64,000 nucleotides of DNA. Origin: an uncultured virus (IMG/VR IMGVR_UViG_3300025139_000008) (lineage: Duplodnaviria; Heunggongvirae; Uroviricota; Caudoviricetes). Below, piece by piece: positions 46,882 through 57,500 of this stretch. The first letter of the stretch is position 1. Every line of letters begins with the position of its first letter. The position numbers and the translations under genes are program-made. The notes under the pieces are model-generated. The model ran no database searches and was not told the origin of the DNA. It saw nothing but the letters and a program-made list of their open reading frames with translations. Location: the IMG/VR virus record IMGVR_UViG_3300025139_000008; one strand, 5' to 3'.

Positions 46882-49800
46882 TGGGACAACTCGCGACCAC
46901 CATTGCTGGCGGCGTCATCGGCTTTGCAATCGGCGGGCCCTTCGGGGCTCAGGTCGGGATGATGCTTGGCGGCATGATCGGTGCCACTTTGTTTGGTCCG
47001 ACGGTCCATGGCCCGCGCCTCAACGACCTCAAGGTCACAGCCTCAACATATGGGGTCGCGATACCTGAAATCTACGGGACCGTCCGGGTGGGTGGAAACC
47101 TCATCTGGACCAGCGGCATCCGCGAAACCAAGAAGTCTTCGCGCCCCGGTAAGGGCGGACCGAAGCAGACAACCTATTCCTACGATGCCACTTTCGCCAT
47201 GGGCTTGTGTAAAGGGGAAGTGGGAGAGATTTTGCGTATCTGGGCTGACAGCAAGATCATCTACGACAAAACCGGAGGGACGACCAGAACGCCGGCACCG
47301 AGCGGCGGTAGTGTCTTCCAGACCTTGTTCGTGGAAATCCTCAACGCAAAGAAAAAGAAGAAGCGGATCAACCTTCGTCTCTACCGTGGCGACGAAAACC
47401 AACTTCCCGATTCTCTCATCGAAGCAGACAAGGGCGTGGGCAACGTTTCGGCTCACCGTGGGTTGGCTTATGTCGTGTTCGAACGACTGGAGTTGGAGAA
47501 CTTCGGTAATCGCATTCCTCAGATGACCTTCGAGGTTACCAAGGCGAGAACGCGTGGGTTGTCTGCCCTTCCCGTGCGTGATCGCAGCGGCGTCGTCGAG
47601 GACACTGCAAACCGCGATTGGCTCCCAGACTTTGCGTCCGGGCGTTTGCTCAGCTTCGACAGAAGCGGGGGTGGCACCAAGCTCTACAACACAGCGGACA
47701 ACACCTTGATTGCAGAAGACGAGTCGATGGACTTCGATCTGAGCGACAAGTCCTACAGTCTGGTTGATGGTCAAAACGGATTGCTGGTTGCCAACTTCCC
47801 CAGCGGGGTAGGTTTCTCCTATTACAACACTGCGATTCTGACAAAGATCAAGGAATACAATTCCTCCACCGGAACTTCCAACATTTGGGACCCGGAGGAG
47901 CAGGATATAACACTGGCAACGAATGGCAAGATCGGACACGGCCGATTTGTGTCAGGAACGTCAGGCGGCCTGCACGTCGTCCATACCGACACGACCGGCA
48001 AGACTTTCTTGATGGACAGCGAAGGCCGTCTGCTCAACGAGGTCGATGCTCCGTTCCAGCCAGACGTATTCCTCGAAGGACGACGTGACGCGCCCAACTC
48101 GCAGATCATCGGTTGGCGGTTTGCCAACGATCGCCTCGAAATGTTCGAGGTCAAGATCGGATCATCCGCGAACTATACCACCATATCTGATGGCGCGACC
48201 ACGACGTGGGTTCCTCAAGAAGACTTTGAGTTGAAAACCATCAACCTCAAACCATACCCCGATGAGAAATTCCAGCCGCTGGTTCTGGTCTATGATCCAA
48301 CCGATGATCACTTCTTCTGTCTGGGTGTCGATCCTGACAAATACAATGACATGGGTTCGTTCGGCAACGGCGGCGGCGTCATCGTGTTCAAATACTCGAT
48401 GGCGACCGAGACCTACAAGTTTCTGGTTAGACACGCTGGCACGCCTGTCCCTCGTGGCCTGACGCAGAACATGCGCGCCTCTAGGGTCGCCGGTGGCACA
48501 TTCGGATGGGTAGGTAAACCGGTTGTTGGGGCTCCCACAGTCAATCAAGTGAGTCTGCAAACCGGCGGCCTTGAAAATCTCTTTGAGGCACAGGACGATT
48601 TTGGCTCCGGCTTGACCGGCGACGGGGACCAGTATTGGGATGATGAAACGGACAGCATCTTCGCCGACAGGATCGTCGGAGGGGAAACGAATAGCTACCG
48701 ACTGCGCGTGAGTGACAGCGTGTCACAGGTGACCGTTCCAGCTATTGTCGAGGACATCTGTCTCCGCACTGGTGTCTTGGCACCAGAAGACATTGACATC
48801 ACTGAACTGGATGCCTCGCCTCTGGTCGGTTATTCTCTCGACCGGATGACCACGGCTCGCGACGCCTTGAAGCAGATGGCTACAGCGTTTCTGTTTGACG
48901 GCTACGAAAGTGACTACAAGCTCAAGTTCCGCTCGCGGGGCGGGGATTCGGTTGTCAACATCCCGGAAGACTGGATGGTCCGGGAAGGCGAGGATGGTGT
49001 CATCAAAGAGACCATCACGCAAGAGCTTGAAATGCCGGTTCGGATCAGCGTCAACTATTACGACATTGCTCGCGATCACCAGCAGAACAGCCAGACCGCG
49101 AAGCGCAAGGTTGCCCCTTACCCGACCATGTGGACGGCCAAGGAAGACTTGATCGACCTGCCCATCACATGGGACGCGGACTCGGCCAAGCAGTGTGCAG
49201 ACAAGTTGCTCAAGATGGCGTGGGCAAATCGGATCGGTCATCAGTTCAGCTTGCCGTGGCGCTATCTGAAATATGATCCGACCGATGTCGTCACCATCAC
49301 GATGGAAAACCAGACGACTTACAATCTGCGTCTGACCGAAGCGAACATCGGGTCCAGCTTTTCGATCGAGGCGATGGCGGTTAGCGAAGTTGCGACCGCT
49401 TATGTCTCGACCGCGACCGGGGCCCAGTCGCCGGCTCCTATCCAGACCGTTGAGGGTGATGGGACGGCCTTCCCGATCATCATGAATACACCGCTGCTGC
49501 GTGATGTCGATTACGACACCACTGGCTCCTCTATCTGCTACTTTTCGGCCGGCACCAATGAAGTCACCTTCAACGGGGCGGCAGTGTATATCGATGACGG
49601 TAGCGACTATCAGTCCGTTGGTGTCATCGATAGCCAGACGACCACAGGATACGTCGTAGAGGCTCTTCCGGATACGAATAGCTACGAAGCCACCGACGAC
49701 ACCACGGTCCTGAGGGTGCGGCTGTCCGATCCAAGCATGGAGCTTGAGTCGGTCACTCAGGATGACATCCTGAATTTCGAAGCCAACTCGGCCTTGATCG

Positions 49801-50480
49801 GAAATGAAATCATCCAGTTTCGGGACGCAACACTGCTGCCGACCGGAGAGTGGGCGCTGACCGGCATCCTGCGTGCCCGTCGGGGCACCAACTACGCTGT
49901 GCTGGGCCACCAGCCGGGTGAGAACTTCCTGTTGGTCAACAGCCTCTCGACGGGAAAATTCTCTCGCCCGCCTGAGAGCTATGTGACAACTCGGTTGTTC
50001 AAGGCAGCCCCTGTTTCAGTGCCGTTGTCGGACGTGGTGCCTATCTCGGTGGACTTGATCCCGCGAGACCTCATGCCTTACACCCCTGAGGCGGTCAAGG
50101 TGACCGATGACGCCACTGATGTAGTGATCAGCGCCGAACGCCGCTCGCGTGTCACAGCGCCTCTCAGAGACGGTCTGGGCACCATTCACTACAAGGAAGG
50201 GGATATGCTCAGCGCCCGGATCGTTACCAAGGTCTGGTTCGGCAAGGGGTTGTCCGATGTGAACACCGTCGGTGATCCAGACCTGACCTTGACAAACTAT
50301 TTGTTCGACGCCGCCGGTCAAGACATCCCTGTGGAAGCAACCTTCCCTGTGGCTTCTCTGGGTGCCGAGGACATGATCCTGATCCAACTCGCAGAGATCG
50401 GTGAAGTGACAGGCACGCCCAAGTGGGTGCAAGCCATCCGAAATGGTCCAGCCGGGTGGGACCTCCTCGAATTATATTGA
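46881..50480 (+). CDS. tail tip / host-specificity protein (GTA gp15 / J-like), copy 1
   Basis: YG..IP..YGT.R..GN.IW, AHRGLAYVVFE.L.L..FGNRIP and GNEIIQF...LRARRGT. Confidence 0.88.
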   Translation: MGQLATTIAGGVIGFAIGGPFGAQVGMMLGGMIGATLFGPTVHGPRLNDLKVTASTYGVAIPEIYGTVRVGGNLIWTSGIRETKKSSRPGKGGPKQTTYSYDATFAMGLCKGEVGEILRIWADSKIIYDKTGGTTRTPAPSGGSVFQTLFVEILNAKKKKKRINLRLYRGDENQLPDSLIEADKGVGNVSAHRGLAYVVFERLELENFGNRIPQMTFEVTKARTRGLSALPVRDRSGVVEDTANRDWLPDFASGRLLSFDRSGGGTKLYNTADNTLIAEDESMDFDLSDKSYSLVDGQNGLLVANFPSGVGFSYYNTAILTKIKEYNSSTGTSNIWDPEEQDITLATNGKIGHGRFVSGTSGGLHVVHTDTTGKTFLMDSEGRLLNEVDAPFQPDVFLEGRRDAPNSQIIGWRFANDRLEMFEVKIGSSANYTTISDGATTTWVPQEDFELKTINLKPYPDEKFQPLVLVYDPTDDHFFCLGVDPDKYNDMGSFGNGGGVIVFKYSMATETYKFLVRHAGTPVPRGLTQNMRASRVAGGTFGWVGKPVVGAPTVNQVSLQTGGLENLFEAQDDFGSGLTGDGDQYWDDETDSIFADRIVGGETNSYRLRVSDSVSQVTVPAIVEDICLRTGVLAPEDIDITELDASPLVGYSLDRMTTARDALKQMATAFLFDGYESDYKLKFRSRGGDSVVNIPEDWMVREGEDGVIKETITQELEMPVRISVNYYDIARDHQQNSQTAKRKVAPYPTMWTAKEDLIDLPITWDADSAKQCADKLLKMAWANRIGHQFSLPWRYLKYDPTDVVTITMENQTTYNLRLTEANIGSSFSIEAMAVSEVATAYVSTATGAQSPAPIQTVEGDGTAFPIIMNTPLLRDVDYDTTGSSICYFSAGTNEVTFNGAAVYIDDGSDYQSVGVIDSQTTTGYVVEALPDTNSYEATDDTTVLRVRLSDPSMELESVTQDDILNFEANSALIGNEIIQFRDATLLPTGEWALTGILRARRGTNYAVLGHQPGENFLLVNSLSTGKFSRPPESYVTTRLFKAAPVSVPLSDVVPISVDLIPRDLMPYTPEAVKVTDDATDVVISAERRSRVTAPLRDGLGTIHYKEGDMLSARIVTKVWFGKGLSDVNTVGDPDLTLTNYLFDAAGQDIPVEATFPVASLGAEDMILIQLAEIGEVTGTPKWVQAIRNGPAGWDLLELY

Positions 50481-50527
50481 CAACCACCGCCATTTTCCCT
50501 ATACACTCTCCTCATTTAGGATAGCCG

Positions 50528-50929
50528 ATGCCCAACACGCCGCTCCTCAACATCCCGCAGGTTTCGGCCTCTCAGAACAACAAAGAGATCACCATCAACG
50601 ACTCGATCCTCGCATTGGAAAATGCGACGAATGCGAATCTGGATGTTTCCTTTACGAGCAGCAACGACGTTGTTCTGACCCAGACCCAAGCTACCCGAAA
50701 CTTCATCTACACCGCGATCGACGCGACGGGAGTAAGCACTTTGCGATTCCCGAACACGATCGGTGCTGCGAACTTCAACCGGGTCGTCTGCGTCCGCAAC
50801 ACCAGCGGCGCTGTTCTGACTGTAAGCTTCGAGACCGGGGCTGGTGCTGCCGTGGAAATCCCGGACGGACAGGCCCGCTTGATTCTCGCTGTCAACGGGT
50901 TGGACATGATCGCGGTTTCTGCGCCTTAA
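50528..50929 (+). CDS. short tail protein, paralogue of the N-terminus of 54547..59238
   Basis: MPNTPLLNIPQVSASQNNKEITIND (DUF2793-like start). Confidence 0.75.
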   Translation: MPNTPLLNIPQVSASQNNKEITINDSILALENATNANLDVSFTSSNDVVLTQTQATRNFIYTAIDATGVSTLRFPNTIGAANFNRVVCVRNTSGAVLTVSFETGAGAAVEIPDGQARLILAVNGLDMIAVSAP

Positions 50930-50949
50930 TTATCAGATAGCCAAAACCC

Positions 50950-53900
50950 ATGGGTCAACTTGTTACCACCATCGCCGGCGGCGTCATCGGCTTCTTGATC
51001 GGCGGCCCGATGGGCGCGTCGATCGGTATGGCACTTGGTGGTATGATTGGTGCTACCTTGTTCGGTCCGACCATCAAGGGACCGCGCCTCAACGATCTCA
51101 AGGTTTCCTCCTCGACCTACGGGATTGCGATCCCTGAAATCTACGGAACCGTTCGGCTCAGCACGAACTTGATCTGGACAACCGGGATCAAGGAAACCAA
51201 GAAGACACGCCGCGCCGGTAAGGGTGGCCCGAAGATCGAAACCTACTCCTACGATGCTTCCTTTGCCCTAGGACTGTGTAAGGGCCCGATCCGGGAAGTT
51301 CTTCGTATCTGGGCTGACAGCAAGCTCATTTACGATGTCAGCAGCAATGGCACCCGTAACCCGCTCAACGCAGGTCAGTCAGGTATTCTCGCACCCATTC
51401 TTCTGTCCTTCCGAACCGGAAGCACAAAGAAGAAGCGGGTCAATATGCGTATCTACCTCGGTAACGAAGAGCAGCTTCCAGACTCCCTGATCGAAGCCGA
51501 TAAGGGTGTTGGGAACGTCTCGGCTCATCGCGGCTTGGCTTATGTCGTGTTTGAGCGACTCCAGCTTGAGGATTTCGGTAACCGGATTCCCCAGTTCACA
51601 ATGGAAGTCACTAAGGCTCCTGCCGAATCTTTTCCTTCTGTCGAAGTCAAAGAAGGACCGGCCGGCCCGGTAGAGCGGCCCGATGGACGATTCTGGTTTC
51701 CTGACTGGGAAAACGGCAAAGTCTATTCCAGCATCATCGGGGATGACACCACACAGGTGTTTGATCTCAATACCATGCAGCAAATGCAGAGTTGGTCGGG
51801 ATCGGATATGTGGTTGACTAAACGCTATGGCTTTGCGCCTTGGGCTGGTATTTTCTTCGAGGACGCCGGGTCTGGTAACTCGCGTCCATTAGCCATTTAT
51901 AGCCTCAGCACTGGCGCTCGTATCAATCTTGTAGGTGTTGGTTCCCGCTCTCTGTCTGGATTTTATGTCCAGAGTGGACCGGACCAAGGTGCTTTAGCTA
52001 TGGGTGCTAATTTTGGTAACCAAGCTACCGCAACCTTGGATGGGCGATACATCGTTCTGGCAGGGTGGACACGCGATAACTGGATCATCACACCGGGCGG
52101 GCAACCGGTGGGCTGGTATGAATCAGCTTGGTCTCCGCAACACTTGTTCCCAGCCCTTGGCTCTGTGTGGGGCTGGCGTAATGGAAACAACGGCCTCCAG
52201 ATCGCTGACTTCTTGAGCGGTGGGATTGGAGGGTTTACCTTAGCTCCGCCTGATAATAACGGAAATGTCTTTTGGAGACAAGGTGGTAGCCTTGCTTTCA
52301 ACACGACGTTGCGTCCGTTACCGGGTGAAACTTACATTGCATCGCTTTGTCTTTACGATCCATCTGACGGACATTTTTTCTCTGTTGGTCGCTCGAACGA
52401 TGGAACACGATCCATCGCTGTTGCATTCAAATATAATCCGCTAACGGGGTTATATAAATTCATCAATGCCGACCCGGAAATCATAGTCCCAAGTGGCCCT
52501 ATGCAATGGTCCCGCTTAAATGGTGGAACTTTTGGTTACATTGCTGATAGCCTTAACCGTAACTTTAAAGTAAACTTGCAGCAGATCAGCCTACAGGATG
52601 GTTCGATCGTAAAAGACGTTCCTTATGGTAGCACTTGGGGTGGCCCTATCTATATCAGCGGTCGGCAATACTGGGATGATGTTAGCGGTAGTATTATCAC
52701 TACAACCAGATACAATTTCCGTCGTATCTGGTTCAACGACAGTGCGAAAGCTGTCAGACTTTCTGATGTGGTCAGGGATATTGCTACGAAGTCCAACGTT
52801 CTGACTGTTGATGATGTTGACACCACCGGATTGTTCAACGAGGAGATCATTGGTTTTTCCATTGATCGGCAATCGTCAGCAGCCGATGCTCTAAAGCAGT
52901 TGGCTACTGGTTATATGTTCGACGCGTTCGAGAGTGACTACAAGCTCAAGTTCCGGACGCGAGGACGCGACTCCGAAGTTGTCATTCCACAAGATTGGCT
53001 TGCTCGGCCGGGCGACGAGATGATCAAGGAGAACCTTGTTCAGGAACTTGAAATGCCTCTCAAGGTCACGGTGAACTACTATGATACTTCGCGTGATCAC
53101 CAACAGGGATCGCAGTCGTCTCGCCGCAATTCCGGCCCATTTCCGACCATGTGGACGGCCAAGGAAGACATCATTGACTTGCCGCTGGTATGGACGCCGG
53201 ATATGGCTAAGCAATCGGCTGACAAGCTTCTCAAGATGGCGTGGGCAAACCGCGTCGGACTGCAATTCAGCTTGCCGTGGCGCTACCTGAAATATGAGCC
53301 TTCGGACGTGATCACGATCACCACCGATAAGGCTGTCTATTTCACACGCTTGACTGAGGTTACGATCGGGCAGGACTTCTCGATCGAAGCGTCCGGGGTG
53401 ACTGAGAAAGCCAGCGCCTATGTCTCGACCAAAGTAGGTAGCCGGGTCGAATCCCCTGAGCAAACAATTGAAGATGGTTACCCAGCCTATCCGATCGTGA
53501 TTAACACACCGTTATTGCGGGATGAAGATTACGACACAAGTGGTTCATCTGTATGTTTCGTTTCCGCTGGAACAAATGCCTTCACTTTCAGTGGAGCAGC
53601 AATCTATGTCTACGATGGTATCGAAGATCAGCGGATTGGGTTCATCGGAGCCGACACTACGCGTGGGGTGGTGATCAACGAACTCCCCTACACCACGGCT
53701 TACGAATCGACGGATGAAACTACTGTCTTGCGGGTAGTATTGAACAACCCCAACGATGAGCTTGAGTCTGTGACGCAACTAGACATGCTCAACTTCGACA
53801 TGAACGCGGCCTTGGTTGGTGAGGAAGTCATTCAGTTCCGGGACGCTGTTCAGCAGCCCAACGGTGAGTGGTGGCTGACCGGGCTCCGTCGGGCGCGACG

Positions 53901-54498
53901 CGGCACCAACTATGCGTTGCGTAGTCACAAGCCGAACGAACTCTTTCTGCTTCTGGAACCACAGGCAATTACCTCGTTTGTCCGGCCGCCGGAATCCTAC
54001 GTGACTACGACTGAGATCGTTGCTGTCACCGCTGGGCAGATTATTGCAGATGCAATCCCAGTCCGGGCAGACCTCCAGCCTCGCGATCTCATGCCTTACA
54101 CCCCGGAAGACATCAAGATCGACGACGATGGTTCTGACATCACCATCATGGTTCAACGTCGTTCGCGGATTATTGCTCCGTTGCAGGATGGGATTAGCAA
54201 CATCCACTTCAAGGAAGGTGCAAAGCAAACGTCCAAGATCGCCTGTCAGGTGTGGCCGGGTCGAGGCTTCGAGGTGATCGATACAAACCTCCCACCTACG
54301 CTGGTTGAGCATGTCCCGATCTTTGATTCCAACGGGCAAGACCTTCCGTTGGAAATCAGCTTCCCACTCTCGACACTGGGATCATCCACAAATTTTGTGG
54401 CCCGGATCACCGAACAAGGTGTGGTGGATGGCATCGCCAAGTGGATCGCTTTCGAGCGGGTAGGTGAGGGACGCTGGAACCAGACCGAATTTTATTGA
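50950..54498 (+). CDS. tail tip / host-specificity protein (GTA gp15 / J-like), copy 2
   Basis: Full-length paralogue of 46881..50480 with a divergent central region. Confidence 0.88.
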   Translation: MGQLVTTIAGGVIGFLIGGPMGASIGMALGGMIGATLFGPTIKGPRLNDLKVSSSTYGIAIPEIYGTVRLSTNLIWTTGIKETKKTRRAGKGGPKIETYSYDASFALGLCKGPIREVLRIWADSKLIYDVSSNGTRNPLNAGQSGILAPILLSFRTGSTKKKRVNMRIYLGNEEQLPDSLIEADKGVGNVSAHRGLAYVVFERLQLEDFGNRIPQFTMEVTKAPAESFPSVEVKEGPAGPVERPDGRFWFPDWENGKVYSSIIGDDTTQVFDLNTMQQMQSWSGSDMWLTKRYGFAPWAGIFFEDAGSGNSRPLAIYSLSTGARINLVGVGSRSLSGFYVQSGPDQGALAMGANFGNQATATLDGRYIVLAGWTRDNWIITPGGQPVGWYESAWSPQHLFPALGSVWGWRNGNNGLQIADFLSGGIGGFTLAPPDNNGNVFWRQGGSLAFNTTLRPLPGETYIASLCLYDPSDGHFFSVGRSNDGTRSIAVAFKYNPLTGLYKFINADPEIIVPSGPMQWSRLNGGTFGYIADSLNRNFKVNLQQISLQDGSIVKDVPYGSTWGGPIYISGRQYWDDVSGSIITTTRYNFRRIWFNDSAKAVRLSDVVRDIATKSNVLTVDDVDTTGLFNEEIIGFSIDRQSSAADALKQLATGYMFDAFESDYKLKFRTRGRDSEVVIPQDWLARPGDEMIKENLVQELEMPLKVTVNYYDTSRDHQQGSQSSRRNSGPFPTMWTAKEDIIDLPLVWTPDMAKQSADKLLKMAWANRVGLQFSLPWRYLKYEPSDVITITTDKAVYFTRLTEVTIGQDFSIEASGVTEKASAYVSTKVGSRVESPEQTIEDGYPAYPIVINTPLLRDEDYDTSGSSVCFVSAGTNAFTFSGAAIYVYDGIEDQRIGFIGADTTRGVVINELPYTTAYESTDETTVLRVVLNNPNDELESVTQLDMLNFDMNAALVGEEVIQFRDAVQQPNGEWWLTGLRRARRGTNYALRSHKPNELFLLLEPQAITSFVRPPESYVTTTEIVAVTAGQIIADAIPVRADLQPRDLMPYTPEDIKIDDDGSDITIMVQRRSRIIAPLQDGISNIHFKEGAKQTSKIACQVWPGRGFEVIDTNLPPTLVEHVPIFDSNGQDLPLEISFPLSTLGSSTNFVARITEQGVVDGIAKWIAFERVGEGRWNQTEFY

Positions 54499-54546
54499 CA
54501 TCCAGCGACATTTTGACTATACACTGTCGCCTCATAGAGAGCCCTA

Positions 54547-57500
54547 ATGCCCAGCACACCCATCCTCGGTATCACGCAGGTTTCGACTTCTCAGAACGGG
54601 AAAGAGACCACGATCAACGACGCGATCATCGCGTTGGAAAACGCGACCAACGCAAAGTTGGCCGTGTCGATGGCTGCTGGTAACGTTACTCTGAGCGTCC
54701 CCGAAGCAACACGGAACTTCATTTTCACAGCCGCCGGGGCAACAGAAGCCAGTGAGTTGCTTTTTCCGATCGAGGTCAACGGTAACCCATACAATCGTGT
54801 GATCGTGGTTCGGAATGTTAGCGGCCACGGCCTTACCGTTCGCTTTGTTTCGGGTGGTGGTGATACCGTCACGATCCCGAACGGAGAGTCGCGCCTGATC
54901 AGTGCCGCTGATGGGCTCGACATGAGCGTTGCGGCTGAACCGCCGAGCGTCATTACGTTTCTGTCCCTGACTGATGCCCCTGAGACTTTCACCGGTCAGA
55001 CTGGGAAGTTTTTGTCCGTCAACGAGACCGAAACCGCTCTGGAGTTCACGGACGCCGCTGTGTTCCCGACACTCGCAGGTAACGCTAACCGATTCTTGAA
55101 AGTCAATTCCGGAGCCACCGGTGTCGAGTGGTCAGAAATTGATTTTGCTGGTGCTTTCACAGAGCTATCCGACACACCGGCCAGCTATGCTGGGCAAGGT
55201 GGAAAGCTCGTTAGGGTAAATGATCTTGCCACTGGCCTTGAGTTCGTGGAAGCGTCGGACGCCGAAGCGGTCAACTTCCAAGAAGCCAGCCGCTGGCGCA
55301 TCCTCCTGCTTGAGCCGGGTGTGTGGCCTGAGAACCCTCCGGGTGTGGAGCCGGGAGACCCTGAGTTCATTGAGCAGACCGATCAGGTAGGCTTCGGTGA
55401 AGTCGAGTTCTTGGATCAGGATGGAATCGATCTCACCGGGACCGGGACCGCTACGGCTTCCAACTTCCTGACGGGAAACGAACCGAGCCGGGCATTCAAC
55501 AACAACACTGACCCGGCTGACGGCTGGCTGACCGAAGCCACCTACGTCGGTGAAGTCTGGATCGAATACGACTTTGGGGCTCCTGTGGCTCCGCGCCGCG
55601 TTCGGCTGTCTTCGATCGACTCCTTCCCGCAATACGGCACCACACGCTTCCTGATCCAGTATTGGGACGGAAGCGCTTGGATCAGCTTAGGTGACCGCTC
55701 GCCGGCACCTTGGGAATCTGGGGTTCCCCAGACGTTCAAGATCAATGGTATCCCGCTGGACTTCCTTGAGGAAGCCCCGTCGAACGGATCGCTGTATGGT
55801 CGGATCGACGGCGAGTGGTTGAAGATCAACGCCGAGGTCGTTTCAGACAACACGACCACCAGCAATCTCGATGCTTCTCAGACCTTCCAGTATCGGCGCT
55901 ACATCAACGAAGGCACCAAGACACTCAATATCCGAGCGAACATCGATCATCCGACTCCAGCGGATGGTGAGTGGTATGTCTACGTGGCGGTCGGAGCCGC
56001 CTTGAGCATTGTCCCGGCACCGGGCGTAACAGTGAATGCACCGGCCGGTGGATCGCTCATTGTGCCCTTAAATGGCACCGTGCGGATCAAGCGCGTAGCT
56101 GTCGATGTCTACGATGTGTTTGGCGACACTGTGTCGTCAGGCGGCGTGGGCGCGGAAGATATTCCGCCGATCATCGGTAATGAGAACAAGCTACTGGCGG
56201 TCAAGCCGGATGCCAGTGGTATCGAATGGATTACACCGCCGGTTACTTACACCGACGAGAACGCCCGCGATGCGCTGGCAACAGCTTTGGTGGCCGGCAC
56301 CAACGTTACGATCGTCAACAACGATGCGGCAAACACGATCACCATCTCGGCTGCTTCGATCGGTCTGGATGCCGAACAGGTTCGGGATACGATAGGAGCG
56401 GCGCTACGCGCCGGGACAAACCTGTCGTGGTCGATCAATGATGCTGGGGATACGATCACGATCTCGACTAGTGCGTTGGATGCCGAAGGGGTTCGCGACA
56501 CTATCGGTGCGTCTCTCGTGGCCGGTGCCAACATGGCGATCAGCGTCAATGACGCGGCGAACACTATCTCGCTTGCTGCGACGATGGACACCGAGGTCAT
56601 TCAAGACATCGTAGCGGACACCTTGGTGGCCGGCTCGAACACCTTGATCACCTATGACGACGTGACCGGAACCATCACGATAGACTCGCTCGGAGGCGGG
56701 GGCGGAGGAGGTCTGGACGCTGAGCAAGTCCGCGATGTGGTTGGCGCTACGCTGGCCGCTGGGAACAATATCACGATCAACGTGAACGACGCAGCCGACA
56801 CGATTACGATCGACTCGACCACCGACCCGGAAGTTGTCCGGGACACGATCTCTTCCGCTCTGGTCGCGGGCTCGAACGTTACGATCGTCCACAACGACGC
56901 AGCGAACACCATCACCGTTTCGGTGGCGATGGATCAGGAAGTCATTCGCGACACGATTGGTTCCGCCTTGGTGGCTGGTGATGGCATCACCATCACACCG
57001 AACGACGCGGGAAATACCATCACAATCACCGCGACTGGCGGGGGCGGGGGAGGCTCGACCGACCCGGAAATCGTGCGTGATGTGATTGGGACCGCGCTGG
57101 TGGCCGGTGCCAATGTCACGATCACTGTAAATGATCTAGGCGATACGATCACCATCGCAGCATCCGGCGGTCTGGATGCCGAAGCGGTGCGCGACACGAT
57201 CGGTGCTACGCTGGTGGCTGGCACGAACATCACTGTCGATGTCAACGATGCGGCCAACACGATCACGATCAGTTCGGCGACAAACCCGGAAACGATCCGA
57301 GACACCATGGCTTCGGCTCTGGTGGCCGGGGCTAACATCACCATTACCCCGAACGACGCGGCTGATACGATCACGATCACGGCCGCTTCGGACCCTGAGT
57401 TCGTCCGGGACACCATCGCTACCGCGCTGGTGGCGGGAAGCAACATCCTGATCACCCACGATGATGTGGCGAACACGATCACAGTTGATTCCTTAATCGC

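Noticed and set aside
46881..54498. Diversity-generating retroelement or invertible tail-fibre switch
   Set aside because: No reverse transcriptase or invertase; both copies are full length, in the same orientation and differ throughout.
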